Positions 1 through 12,900 of a stretch of DNA of 64,000 bases are shown here, piece by piece (position 1 is the stretch's first letter; each line of letters starts with the position of its first letter). The notes beneath the pieces are model-generated. The model was not told the origin of the DNA. It ran no database searches and was given only the letters and a program-made list of their open reading frames with translations. Source of the DNA: Antedon mediterranea (lineage: Eukaryota; Animalia; Echinodermata); assembly GCF_964355755.1 (NCBI RefSeq), contig NC_092674.1:10168001-10232000 (forward strand). Direction: 5' to 3'. Made by a program: the position numbers and the translations under genes.

Positions 1-205
1 TCTGGTGGTAGAACGAGTCTTCTCGGATAAGGACTATAAACCGTAGGTCCAGTGTACACAACTTGCTCGTGTGCACTTTAAAGAACCTAGTACATCTTTC
101 GAGACGAGTAGGGGGTTACCCCGGTGTACTAGTACATCACAGCCACTGATCACCAACTGGGCCCTCTGGGAGATCAGTCTTTGACTGAAGAGGTCACCCA
201 GTATA
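1..205 (+). mobile_element. Deu/Nin-domain-like SINE (5' part outside window)
   Basis: Core CTCGGATAAGGACTATAAACCGTAGGTCC...GAGTAGGGGGTTACCCCGGTGT resembles the DeuSINE central domain; A-rich tail; related copies at 8771-8860, 14555-14736, 20078-20320 and 51532-51697. Confidence 0.7.
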
Positions 206-790
206 AAGATAAAACAAACAAAAACAAAGAGCAGTTTTCTGTTTGGGCTCATGCCTATTACTTGCTCCTGGCAAGATGAATTTTGCCAAATAAATATTAT
301 TTTTATTATTATTATTATATGTTTTGTATATGCATGTACTATCCGAAATACGGGAAAAGAATGAATGAATAACATTTGCCTAGTAGTGGTAAGCAAGGGA
401 TAGACATTAAAAACATTAAACAAGAGTAAACAGGAAGGGGTATACTTTGTAAATTTGATTGCTAAAATGTACAATACTGTATATTTGGCTTTTTGTATTT
501 ACCCTACAGTACTGTAGATTCAATATAAATCACTCACAATCAAATGTAAAGCGTGATTTATATATTAACTTTAATTATTTGAGCAATCTTTGTAATTCTT
601 AAGACACAACAAAGTGTCCTCTTAATAGAGGTGTCCCCTGAACATTGGTTGTATTTGTTTGTTTGTTTGTTTGGTAATATTTATTTGACCAATAATAAGC
701 ATAATTATGTAGTGGTAAAACATTACACTTCAAGAAATTGTACTCTGAATAGAGATGTTCTAAAGTAATTGGTAAACTTGTATGACCAAC

Positions 791-933
791 CTTTTGACCT
801 GCACTACAGCGCCCTCTCATGTCAAGTTGTATTGATCCTTTTATGAGTACAACTCTGTACTTGTACTGTCTTCGTAAACTACTAGCTGTACTAGTATCAT
901 CTTCATCTGCTTGTATCTCTATGTAGTCAATAT
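791..933 (-). CDS. RAD50: RAD50 ABC-signature exon
   Basis: [12 protein letters not shown]...[23 protein letters not shown], bounded by AG and GT. Confidence 0.96.
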
Positions 934-3900
934 CTGTTGAGGCAATCATAAAAGAAACTTTAGACAGAATTACTGGCCAAGGTATAACCTTTTGCCTAGA
1001 AAATCTCAAAAAATTACACACGCCTGGACTTCAACACGGGCACCTTGTATGGTGTGTGCTCCGGTGTGTGTAAACTCCAAAGTTTACACACGCCTGGGCT
1101 TCAACACGGGCACCTTGTATGGTGTGTGCTCCGGTGTGTGTAAACTCCAAAGTTTACACACGCCTGGGCTTCAACACAGGCACCTTGTATGGTGTGCGCT
1201 CCGGTGTGTGTAAACTCCAGAGTTACACACGCCTGTGCTTCAACACGGGCACCTTGTATGGTGTGCACTCCGGTGTGTGTAAACTCCAGAGTTACACACG
1301 CCTGTGCTTCAACACGGGCACCTTGTATGGTGTGAGCTCCGGTGTGTGTAAACTCCAAAGTTTACACACGCCTGGGCTTCAACACGGGCACCTTGTATGG
1401 TGTGCAATCCGGTGTGTGTAAACTCCAAAGTTTACACACGCCTGGGCTTCAACACGGGCACCTTGTATGGTGTGCGCTCCGGTGTGTGTAAACTCCAGAG
1501 TTACAAACGCCTGTGCTTCAACACGGGCACCTTGTATGGTGTGAGCTCCGGTGTGTGTAAACTCCAAAGTTTACACATGCCTGGGCTTCAACACGGGCAC
1601 CTTGTATGGTGTGCAATCCGGTGTGTGTAAACTCCAAAGTTTACACACGCCTGGGCTTCAACAGGGGCACCTTGTATGGTGTGCAATCCAGTGTGTGTAA
1701 ACTCCAAAGTTTACACACGCCTGGGCTTCAACACGGGCACCTTGTATGGTGTGCAATCCAGTGTGTGTAAACTCCAAAGTTACACACGCCTGTGCTTCAA
1801 CACGGGCACCTTGTATGGTGTGCAATCCGGTGTGTGTAAACTCCAAAGTTTACACACGCCTGGGCTTCAACACGGGCACCTTGTATGGTGTGCAATCCGG
1901 TGTGTGTAAACTCCAAAGTTTACACACGCCTGGGCTTCAACACGGGCACCTTGTATGGTGTGCAATCCAGTGTGTGTAAACTCCAAAGTTTACACACGCC
2001 TGGGCTTCAACACGGGCACCTTGTATGGTGTGCAATCCGGTGTGTGTAAACTCCAAAGTTTACACACGCCTGGGCTTCAACACGGGCACCTTGTATGGTG
2101 TGCGCTCCGGTGTGTGTAAACTCCAGAGTTACAAACGCCTGTGCTTCAACACGGGCACCTTGTATGGTGTGAGCTCCGGTGTGTGTAAACTCCAAAGTTT
2201 ACACATGCCTGGGCTTCAACACGGGCACCTTGTATGGTGTGCAATCCGGTGTGTGTAAACTCCAAAGTTTACACACGCCTGGGCTTCAACAGGGGCACCT
2301 TGTATGGTGTGCAATCCAGTGTGTGTAAACTCCAAAGTTTACACACGCCTGGGCTTCAACACGGGCACCTTGTATGGTGTGCAATCCAGTGTGTGTAAAC
2401 TCCAAAGTTACACACGCCTGTGCTTCAACACGGGCACCTTGTATGGTGTGCAATCCGGTGTGTGTAAACTCCAAAGTTTACACACGCCTGGGCTTCAACA
2501 CGGGCACCTTGTATGGTGTGCAATCCGGTGTGTGTAAACTCCAAAGTTTACACACGCCTGGGCTTCAACACGGGCACCTTGTATGGTGTGCAATCCAGTG
2601 TGTGTAAACTCCAAAGTTTACACACGCCTGGGCTTCAACACGGGCACCTTGTATGGTGTGTGCTCCGGTGTGTGTAAACTCCAAAGTTTACACACGCCTG
2701 GGCTTCAACACAGGCACCTTGTATGGTGTGCGCTCCGGTGTGTGTAAACTCCAGAGTTACAAACGCCTGTGCTTCAACACGGGCACCTTGTATGGTGTGA
2801 GCTCCGGTGTGTGTAAACTCCAAAGTTTACACATGCCTGGGCTTCAACACGGGCACCTTGTATGGTGTGAGCTCCGGTGTGTGTAAACTCCAAAGTTTTG
2901 CTACGTAATGTGGAAATGGTGCATTAGATTATAAGCCTACAAGTTACATCACTAAATTTTGTATAAAAAAATTGTTGTAAATAACAAATATTAATATGTT
3001 TGTACTGTATTGCTATTTTTTAGGCTTCTACGAAAGAATTTTATATTTGGATAATAAAATTTGAATCTTCAATAGAAATAAAACATTAATAAATATAAAT
3101 AATTCTCAATGTCCATACCATTTCCTTTGTAAGTGTTCCTCCACAGCTCTCTGATGATTTCATTAATTTCAGCCATTTTCATTGTATGATATTTCATGAT
3201 TGCTCTGTAAATAAATAAATGCATACTTGTTTGGCATTGTTGGGCATTTGTACCAAAAGTCCTGTCCTGTTCCTTAACTGGAAACTAAGGAAATTCAGAT
3301 TAGGCCTCCAGTTACCAGATCAGCACACCAGGAGATGATTCTTACCCTTTTCGAAAAGTGTATGATGCACTAAATGACAACGAGACCAACGGCTTTACAT
3401 CCCATCTGAAGGTTGAGGCAATGAGAGTAAAGCATCTTGCCTAAGGATGCAATCTGTATGCTACTGTTGCCTAAAGTTGAATCTTTTCATGCAGGAGAAA
3501 ATAAGACTTCATGCATTGCATGAAGTGAAAGGAATTACATTATGTCAAAACATCTTACAACCTACCTGTTCAGTGCTTGATAGTATTTGTCAAGATCTTT
3601 ATTTGCAACATCTGTTGTCTGTAAACAAAAAAAGAAACTTGTATAATATGTCATAATAAATTATCATTACTATTATTAAGCTGTTGCTAGTGTGAACGGT
3701 ATATACAAAGCATCATTTGAATGACTATGACCAGTTTAAAAACATTTAAAGACCTTTTATTTTAACCAATGCTATGAGAGTATGTGAAGCGCTGCTGATT
3801 ATGACCCTATCATAGATATAATATGCTTAATTTTTTTTTATAACATTCTGGTTTCATTACAATTTACTTCTCCAACTTTTCCCTAAAATTAGAATGTCTT

Positions 3901-6900
3901 TTTTTGTCAAAGCGTTTGGCAAAGATCACTACGGTAGTATTCTCACCTTAACTTTAATCAGCATCTTAGTGTGTTTTTCTTTCACATCTTTCAAGGCATC
4001 ACTTTGAAGATCTTTACTGACTCTCTTAATTTGTTCTTTGAGGATGGCTAATCGTCCTTCAGCATTATGTTTCTAAAATGTGTAAAGAAATACTTAGATA
4101 TGTATTTATTTATGTATTAACAGGTAGCATGGTTGCACATACTTTTGCTATATTCAGTAAAAAACATAAATAATGTTATAGGTGTTATTGCAGTCAGGCA
4201 ACATGTCACAAAAGAGTTTATCCAAGTATTTCCACCAGGATATCACAGACAACAATTGTACATATTTCATTCATGTTTTATATTGTATTTTAAGTTTTAT
4301 GCTGTGAGTTACAACCAAAAACTAGAAAGCCACCTCCGCCTACTGTAAAATTCTCCTACATAAGATTTCTCCGGTAAAAAAAAATATATATATATTTGAG
4401 TGCGTCTTAATGCTGTTTGTGATTTAGGCTAATTTCACTACACGCATGTAATGGTTATGTAACAAGCCTTCTATTAACAATAGCTTCAGTTGACTAACAA
4501 TAGAACAAGCAACGCGAAAATCAAACGAGTGTATTTGAAAAGAAATAGGTTTTTTAAACTACTCGCATCAAAAAATGTCTACATTAAATCAAATTATGTT
4601 TTAAAATTACAAATCACAAATTATAACTCTTTCCTCTTGTACAAAAACGAAGTTTTTTGGACAAGTAGTTCTCGAGAAAATGCACTTTCAGTTTACTTGT
4701 TACTTTAAGACTGCTCGCCGGCTTTTGAAAAATTCTGTCTTATCTTTTAACACTAGCAGGTCTGAAAAGTATACTCAAAAAGTGGTCCAGAATTAGGACC
4801 ATAGTCCCAAATGGTCCCAAAATTTAATGAAATGGTCCTTTGACCACATATCTATCTGTATATTCATTTTGGTAAAGATCTTGTAATTACTTTTTGAGTA
4901 ATCCTGCTAACAAACAAACAAACAAACACAAGCTACCGATTACATATACCTCCTTGGCAGAGGTAAACTATGGCTTTAGACAGTTTATCCAAGTAAGTAC
5001 TCAAATAAATGCCTACCAGATATTACAGATAGGTAATCATCTTACCTCTTTCATCAGATCATTATGTTGCCTATTCAGTTGTACTCTTTCTTCTTCTAAT
5101 CTAACATGGTTGAATCCTCCTAAATCTTGTTCAAGCTTTGACAGCTTGCCCTGGACAACCTGAAGATCAGCTTCTTTATGGCGCAGTTGAAGGTTGTCCA
5201 TCATTGTACGCTCATTTACCTGTAATAATACAGAAATGGGCACTTTTTAAAATCCATACGGTGTAAGTTTTCTCTTTTTCCTTATAACAAAAAAAATTAT
5301 ATTGTTCTTATTTTAGTATAGCATCATATTTTCTCTACTCCTGTCTAACTATTTATTTTTGTATAAACTTATTTATAGAGGATTATGTTTACACGGCATA
5401 TTAGGGAACTTTGGATTACTAACGTCCGAAGATCTATTACCTGCTGCTTGGCAACATCTTCCTTCAACTTATCTATTATCTTTTGTAATTCTTCTACTTC
5501 CTGTTCTTTGCATGATATTTCTTTTTCACCTGCTTGGATTTCTGTCAGTCCTTGTCTAATTTTTTCATCCTTTCCCTCATCATAATATCTAAATAAACAA
5601 ACAAAATTGCTTTTTAGAACTCTGTATAAACAAGCTATTATTTAAGTCATAAGACCTCAGCTTCTTCTTTTATTGGATTTCCCCTTTTTTACCCATTACC
5701 AAAAAGATGGATTTTCCCCACAAAATCCTTACGAAATATGTTTTTTACACTTGATATTGATAAAGATACTGTACATCAAATGATGTCAAAACTAAACTAA
5801 ATAAACATACAGTCGACCTTCTCATTTACGTACCCCTTGGTCTGAGAGGCGTTCGTAAATGAAAAAGTTTGTAATTGAGAAACAGTTCTTTTCAGAACTA
5901 TACGTTATGTACCACAAACTTTATATCAACATATAACAACAAAACTACCTTTTAATTTCATTGTTGAAGATCCTGATTTCCTTTTGTCTTTGAGTGATTT
6001 GATCAATCTGAAATGATCAATAAAGATAAATAGTTTAAATCAATGATAATGAGACAGACTTTCTTGATGTTGGATGTGTATGAAATAAACAAACTGTTTA
6101 CTGACCTGTTTTCTTAGTTTCTCAAGTTCCCTTTCTTTGGTTTCAATTAGCTGATTCTTTCTCTCCGTAAATTCTGATAATTTTCTCTTAAAAAATAAAA
6201 TGAACAATTGTAATTCATCATCATTCATCCAGGTTTTGGTACATTCATCTGGGCGCCCAAAAACATATTTTTGAAAAAGATTTAAAAATCACTATTCATA
6301 TGTCCAGAAACTTCTATCTCAACCTACTATTATAGGCATAATTTACGTGCGAAGCGCAACACGTCAAATCAAACCATAATTTTGTCGCGACGGATGAACA
6401 TCAAATCAAACTTGTAGGCATCGTGCGATTCTCAACTTCAACGCGGTGAATTCGGAACTATTGAAGGCTCAGCGCGTGACTTCGCTAGAGTTGGTCCAAG
6501 GAAATGTTTTTGCTTTCGCTTCAATCTAGCTAATCAAATCACAAGGATAGTAAGGGTATGTGTGATGTCATCAGAAAGTTTGTTCAACATGGATGTTGTC
6601 AGCAGAGCAAAGTGCTAAATATAGTAAACATTACCTCTATTGGCCCAAGTTGGTCTTGTGCATCCTGTATTTAAAAAAAGAAAATATTAGATTAGGAGTA
6701 TTGTGATCCATACACATGCGGTTTCAAAATGGTGTCCATGCAAACATTTTCTATTTTGACAAATAAAGTTTATCTGTCTATTAACAAATACTTTAAACAT
6801 TGAGTAACCAAGTTCAATACCTTTATCTCTCTAGCATACAGCTGATTGGACGATGCAAGTTCTATTTGTTGATTCTCTAGTTGTTTTCGGTGCTGTAATA

Positions 6901-9900
6901 CTTCCGTCAGTCGGAGTTTTTCGCTGGTTATGCTGTTCAACTTTGCATTCAGGAGTTGTAGACGTTCCTGTTGTTCTTCGACTTGTCTGCGTTTTGATTC
7001 AACCATTTTATTTATTCCCTCTCTGCAAATAATTTATACAGAAACCTATGAACCTGGACAGCTACATATTATATATATCATAAATAAATAAATAAATTCC
7101 TGTCATTTGATTGAATGATTGTGGGTCACATGGTGCGCAATAGTATACAAATAATATTATGAATATTTAAGAGTTGGATGGTGAGATTGTTTCTTGAGTA
7201 AAGCTTCAAAATAACAGTTTACAGTAAATCAGTGGGTGGTCAGAAAAAGAAATCGTTAACAATACTAAAAAAGCAATGGGCTCTGGTGGTCAATTCAAAC
7301 ATTAACAGTGGCATCAAGGTCAGTGGCTGTCAATCAAATAACCGTTATTTTGTGTTGCAGCTACAAGTTGCACAGTGATAACCGATTAAATAACGATTGG
7401 GTGTTTTTAACCATTATTTTCATGCTGCCATTTAACTTTTTATTGAAAATTTGTTCTGTTTCTGTTGCCAAGAAATTAGAGTTATGTATCCACATGGTTA
7501 ATAACTGGTTGTTCTTTAGAAGCAGAAACAGGACCTTAGTCCTTGGCTTCTTTCTAATATTTTAAAGGTACTTACAACTTGATTTCCAAATCTCTACGCT
7601 CAGATTCAACAACTTCAATAGTTCTGCTTGTATCTGGAAGTCAAAATGAACAAAATAAATAACACAGTGCATCCATGTTCAAGGCAAGTCAAAAGTATAA
7701 ATATACAGCAGTAATAAACATTTTAAAATAACTAAGTGCTTTACACATAAAAATGATTCACAAAATATCTTAAGATAACCAAACAAGAGAAAAGCAGAGG
7801 AACCATTTACGGCGCTCCGTTCTCCAGCACTTTGAAGCTCCCATATAAGAGCTTGCGGGAACACAGTATTCACAGGAGCTTGAGTGAAAAGGCATCTGTC
7901 TATCCTACTAAAATAAGAAGTACAAAAATAGATATACATCTCTAGCTGCTAGAATGGTTTACCTGCACCGGCCATTTGCATTGACAACTGATTCAGTTTT
8001 CGGTCAAGTAAGGCTAGTTCCTTCTGGCATTCTTCCATTCGTATGATATCTGGTCTAATCTCATTGGCCATTGATTCATCCAACTGCAAGGAATTCATAC
8101 GATCCTCCTCCTATTGCAAAAAAAGCATCTTGATACAGTAACAAAATAATAAGTAACCACAGATGAACAGTGGCAGAATACATGGGGCAAAGGAGTGCTA
8201 AAGCTAATTTTTATTTTTTCCATTTTTCTCTCATACATGTCAATGCCGTGAAATCTGCCAGTAACGGACTCTCTCAAAACTGATAACTCATCCAAAACAG
8301 ACTTTTCATAAAGTTCAAAAGGACAAAAATTCTAATTATAATACCAACATTACTGGTAAACAATGCTGACTGTGTTGTGGTAAATTTGATTTGATTTCAC
8401 ATTTGATAAATTCAGTAGTAGCCGGTAGAACCCCTCCTTTGGGACACACACCTTTGGCCAAACCCTATTCAGGGGACACTTTGTTGGGTTCAAAAAGTGT
8501 CATCAATAGATGTTCCACTGTAGTTTAGAGAAACACATTGAACCTGATCATACCTGGGATATAGTGCTGCGTAGTTTACCAATTTCATCTCCAATTGATG
8601 TGACCTTTGATTTGAGGTCAGGAATCTCGGAAGACAACTTCTTCATCTAAAATAAAACAAATACGCACTGACAACAAAACAGAATATTTCAACAAAAAGA
8701 CGATGTTGAAGATAATTGTTGAGGAGGATGACTGTGTTAACAACAATTATAAATTTATTATTATTTATTCTTTATACTGGGTGGCCTCTTCAGTCAAAGA
8801 CTGTTCTCCCAGAACCCAGTTATGATAAGTGGCTGTGTGTGTACACACTGGTGTAACCCCCTTTTTTATGGTGCCTATGTTAATACATTACGTTACTTAC
8901 ATTTTCTTTAAGTGGTTTCATGTGTACAAGTTTGTTCCTCTTTACCATACTCTGCTCAATTAAGTTTTCTTTTTCAATCATTTTTTGCGGCGCCATACGC
9001 AGTTTACTCTCCAGCTAAATTCGAAACGAAAAATAATCTTGTCATGTGACCGTCCTATTTGGCTACATTTATTCTAAATAACAGTATAGTGAAAATAAAC
9101 TTTATTATTATGTACCTCTTGAACTAATTCATCAACTTCATCCTCCCCATCAAATCCACGATGACACAAAGGACATTGAGCTTCAGCACGCCTCAGCGAT
9201 TTTATGTAACGCTCAAATAGGTGCTTGCTACCAGAGAGGGCTCCCTTTTCACTGAAAATTAACGATATAAATAATATTGTTCTGTCGCTTGCATATATTA
9301 ACTATAAACAGTCTCTTCTAATTACTTTACTCAGAGCCTAACACCTGAAGATTTAGGAGGTATTTTTATCTCTCTCATGAAACAGTCTGTATTGTTAATA
9401 AATATTTTGAAATATTTACCAGAATCTTTATATTTATTTATATATAATATATTTATCTTACAAAACCACAACACAGCCTACACAAAGTTAAGTAGACAAA
9501 ATCAAAAGATTATAAATATGCATATAATTGGAATAAATTATAAAAGATCGTTCCGTTAGAGTTCATTAAGATTGTTACTGTTATTAATACCATCACCTCA
9601 GATTTGGTAAGACATTACCTTTGGAGGTTATTAATAGTTGTCTGTAGTTCATTGAGGCTGCTATCAACATCTTGACTGCCACACTCTTGGAATAATCTTT
9701 CTTCGTACATCCGCAATTCATCTTCCTTCCTCTTTAGTTGGTCCCTATACATTTTGAGATTTTAAATACAGATTAGCAAAGAATTTGTTAACTTTTTTAC
9801 AAGAGATATTTGCTACACCTTCTCTCCACATCTTTCCATCGTGTGTGTCATACAATATGTTGTATTTTGGTTGTGTCCACAAAAGCCTATTCTCACCAAT

Positions 9901-12900
9901 AGACTCTCACCAAACTGTGTCTGCCAAGAGCCACAAACCATCAGTCCCAATGTCTATCCTGATCAATTATATTAACATTAATAATCTGCCACTTCCCTCT
10001 TCACTCGATTAAGCCCATTTAAAAATTCAGGGTCAAAGGATAGAACATTAGTAGACTGCGAACACTGAAGGTTGGTTTTCCAATCATTCACGATCCACAA
10101 CAAAATTGTTACTAATATCTGACTGTGCAATAATATCACCAATCGTTAAATGGAAGAAAATAATGCACTACACATGATACAAAATCAACAATGATACAAA
10201 CACATACTTCAAATCAGATATTTCCAATATGAACATTTATTTGAAAATATATAAATATATATAAATACAGGTTTTCACACTATTTTACAAAAAAATAAAT
10301 TCAAACTTACATAATCATTGCTCTTTTTGTCTCCTTTCCAGATATTTCAGATTTTCCAGCCTGTAATCTTTTTTGACACTGCCTCAGCTCATTAGTTGTT
10401 TTCCTTAATTAAATGATAATTAAATCATAAAACAAAATTAGACTTGTCAAGTATTTGTGTGATAGGCCTAGAGGACTAATACAACCAAAGGTCTTACATG
10501 CAAAATTCTTGAAGTTGAGACTTCACATTTGTTGTTGGAAAATGACCAAGCAGCTGTTGAACTTCATCATCATGTCGGTTGCGTCTAAAAAATTATGAGG
10601 AAAACAACAAATGTATAGTTTATCCTCAATCATACCATACTTTAAATGCTTCTATACTTCCAGACAGTATAATTACATACAAAATATCCAATACCAGTCA
10701 TATATCATATATAAAATAGCTTCATTTATTTTATTTTATTCAATCGAAACCAACAGCGATAATTACCGCCGGTTTGATGACAGCACTCGACATGAAGGGA
10801 CCTTTAGAGGAGAAAAAAGTGAGCCGTTCACACCGCAATTCCCTCACATTTACATTTTTGACATTCAATATTTAATTTGCTTACATTTTTTTAATTTCTG
10901 ATTCCTTGTCACTTTTATTCTTTTGAAGCATACTATGTTGTGTTCTTATCTGTGATTGTTGAGTCAGGGTTGACAATTCTTTACTAAAAATTAAAAAGAA
11001 ATCATATTGTATGATCATTATGTATGATAATCAATGGATTCATTAATGAATATTGCAAGACACATAAAAACTTACTTGAGCTCACTTATCTTACGATCCT
11101 TATCTTTTTTTTCGTTTTGCAGTTCCCGAATTTCGACTTTGAATTGATCTAGGTTTAGCCTTTTCTCAGCTGATTTTAAGTCGTTTTCCTATAAATTCAA
11201 AATGATTTTTAAATGTTGAGAATCTGAATTTGAATGAAAAAATCAGCATCACCCCAATATACAAAACCAATTTAACTTGAGTGCATTACTTGTTAAATTA
11301 ACAAACTTACTGCTTGTTGGAACTCTCTCTGCAGATTGGTCAACTTGTGTGCATTTTCTTCCATATTGTGTAGTTTTCGTTTAATGGTTTTAAGCTCTGC
11401 CTGATTTTCTTTCTGTTAATATAAAGAATGTTATATTAGGCATCTAAAAATGTATTGTAATATTTAAAAAAAAGATAAATTATACTACTTCTAAATACTC
11501 ACACATGTGGTACAAATGCAACAAAATGTAATAAATATCTCCAGGCACAATCTTTCCGACTTACACTCTCTCAAGTATTCAAACACTAGTGTGTTGCAGT
11601 GTAATATAATCACAGATTCAAAAACTTATTTGAGATAAGCATTGTGCAAATGTATTGCTGGGTTACATAATGTAATCTTTACAGGCAATGTTGACACCTG
11701 TAAAGATTACAGACTTGTTTCAATGTCACATTTGAACCAAGGTATCAATTTTTTTAAATATTTTACATTTTGTAAGATTTTAATCTGTGTGAATCAGAGC
11801 TAAATAAAATAACTACCATCATTTGTGTCTTCATCTTGTCTGTGCTCAGGAGGGTTGTACGGGTTGTTCTTATGTCATCCACCTCCATCTGAAGTGTTGC
11901 CTCCTCCTCCTCAAAAGATTCCTATCAGACAACAAAATATCAATACAAGATAATTATTAGAAATATAGGCAGCTAAAAAGAACTTATTCAATTCAACATA
12001 AAATCTTTTTTTTTTTCTTTTTTTTTATTAACCATATTTAATGAGGGTGATCCATCCAGTATTTGCTGATCATTTGGGACCCTCAGAACAGATACAATAA
12101 AAAAAAAGTAAAAGAAAAACAAAAACCAAAAAATAAAATTAATTACATAAGAATAGAAATCTGAAATATAAGAAAATTTGGAATATAGAAAATAACTGAT
12201 ATGTTAATTATCTATATAATAATCTACTATATTGTATTGTAAGACACAATTATGTGGACACAATGACATCATATCACTACCATATTTTTATCAAATTAGT
12301 TTGATAATGTAGACAGAGCTTAAGGGTTTTAGGTTCAATTCTTTGGCTTGGCAAAGTTTGACGATTTTTTCATGGTCGAAAAAAATGTCATTACCTAAGC
12401 ATCATACAATATATATAAGCATTTGTTTGGTAATTAGCATTATTTGCCTAACATACCTTTCTTTGTTGTCTCTCATCGCTTTGGTTACTTATCATGTTTG
12501 TAAGTTCTGCCAGAAATCTATTCACATCTGCCATATCAAAGTCCGAATGACTGAAGCCTAAACCCAAAAAATGTTAAATAATAAATCAGATTTTACCTAT
12601 AACAAGTTAAAGTAGCCAATATCTCTGTTAAAATAAAAAAAAAATTACTTACCAGCCATATTCAGACTTGATACAGTATGTTGTATTAGCTTATTTCTAT
12701 CACCAATCTTTTTCTTTTGGTTCTAAACAGAGAAAATTAAATTATTATACAGTTGCACCTCTCTCATAAGTGGGCATCAATCATATATAATGGAAAATCA
12801 TCAAATACCTGTTCTTCATATCTATCAGTATCTTTGGTACCTTTTGTAAGTGTTCACTTCCCATTAAGAACAACAATTCAAAAGCCGGCGATGGTTTTTT

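Noticed and set aside
992-2886. Many short Cys-rich ORFs on both strands
   Set aside because: Translations of the tandem repeat; the 70-bp unit shifts frame each copy
1014-2898. CRISPR-like array (palindromic repeat with about 70-bp period)
   Set aside because: The intervening segments are near-identical rather than unique spacers; there are no cas genes, and it lies in a eukaryotic intron
8095-8295. 66-aa minus-strand ORF as a RAD50 exon
   Set aside because: The real exon is 7963-8110 in another frame, and the model is complete without it
9780-10140. Possible decayed transposase fragment (IDIGTDGL on the minus strand)
   Set aside because: Too short and interrupted to support a call by eye
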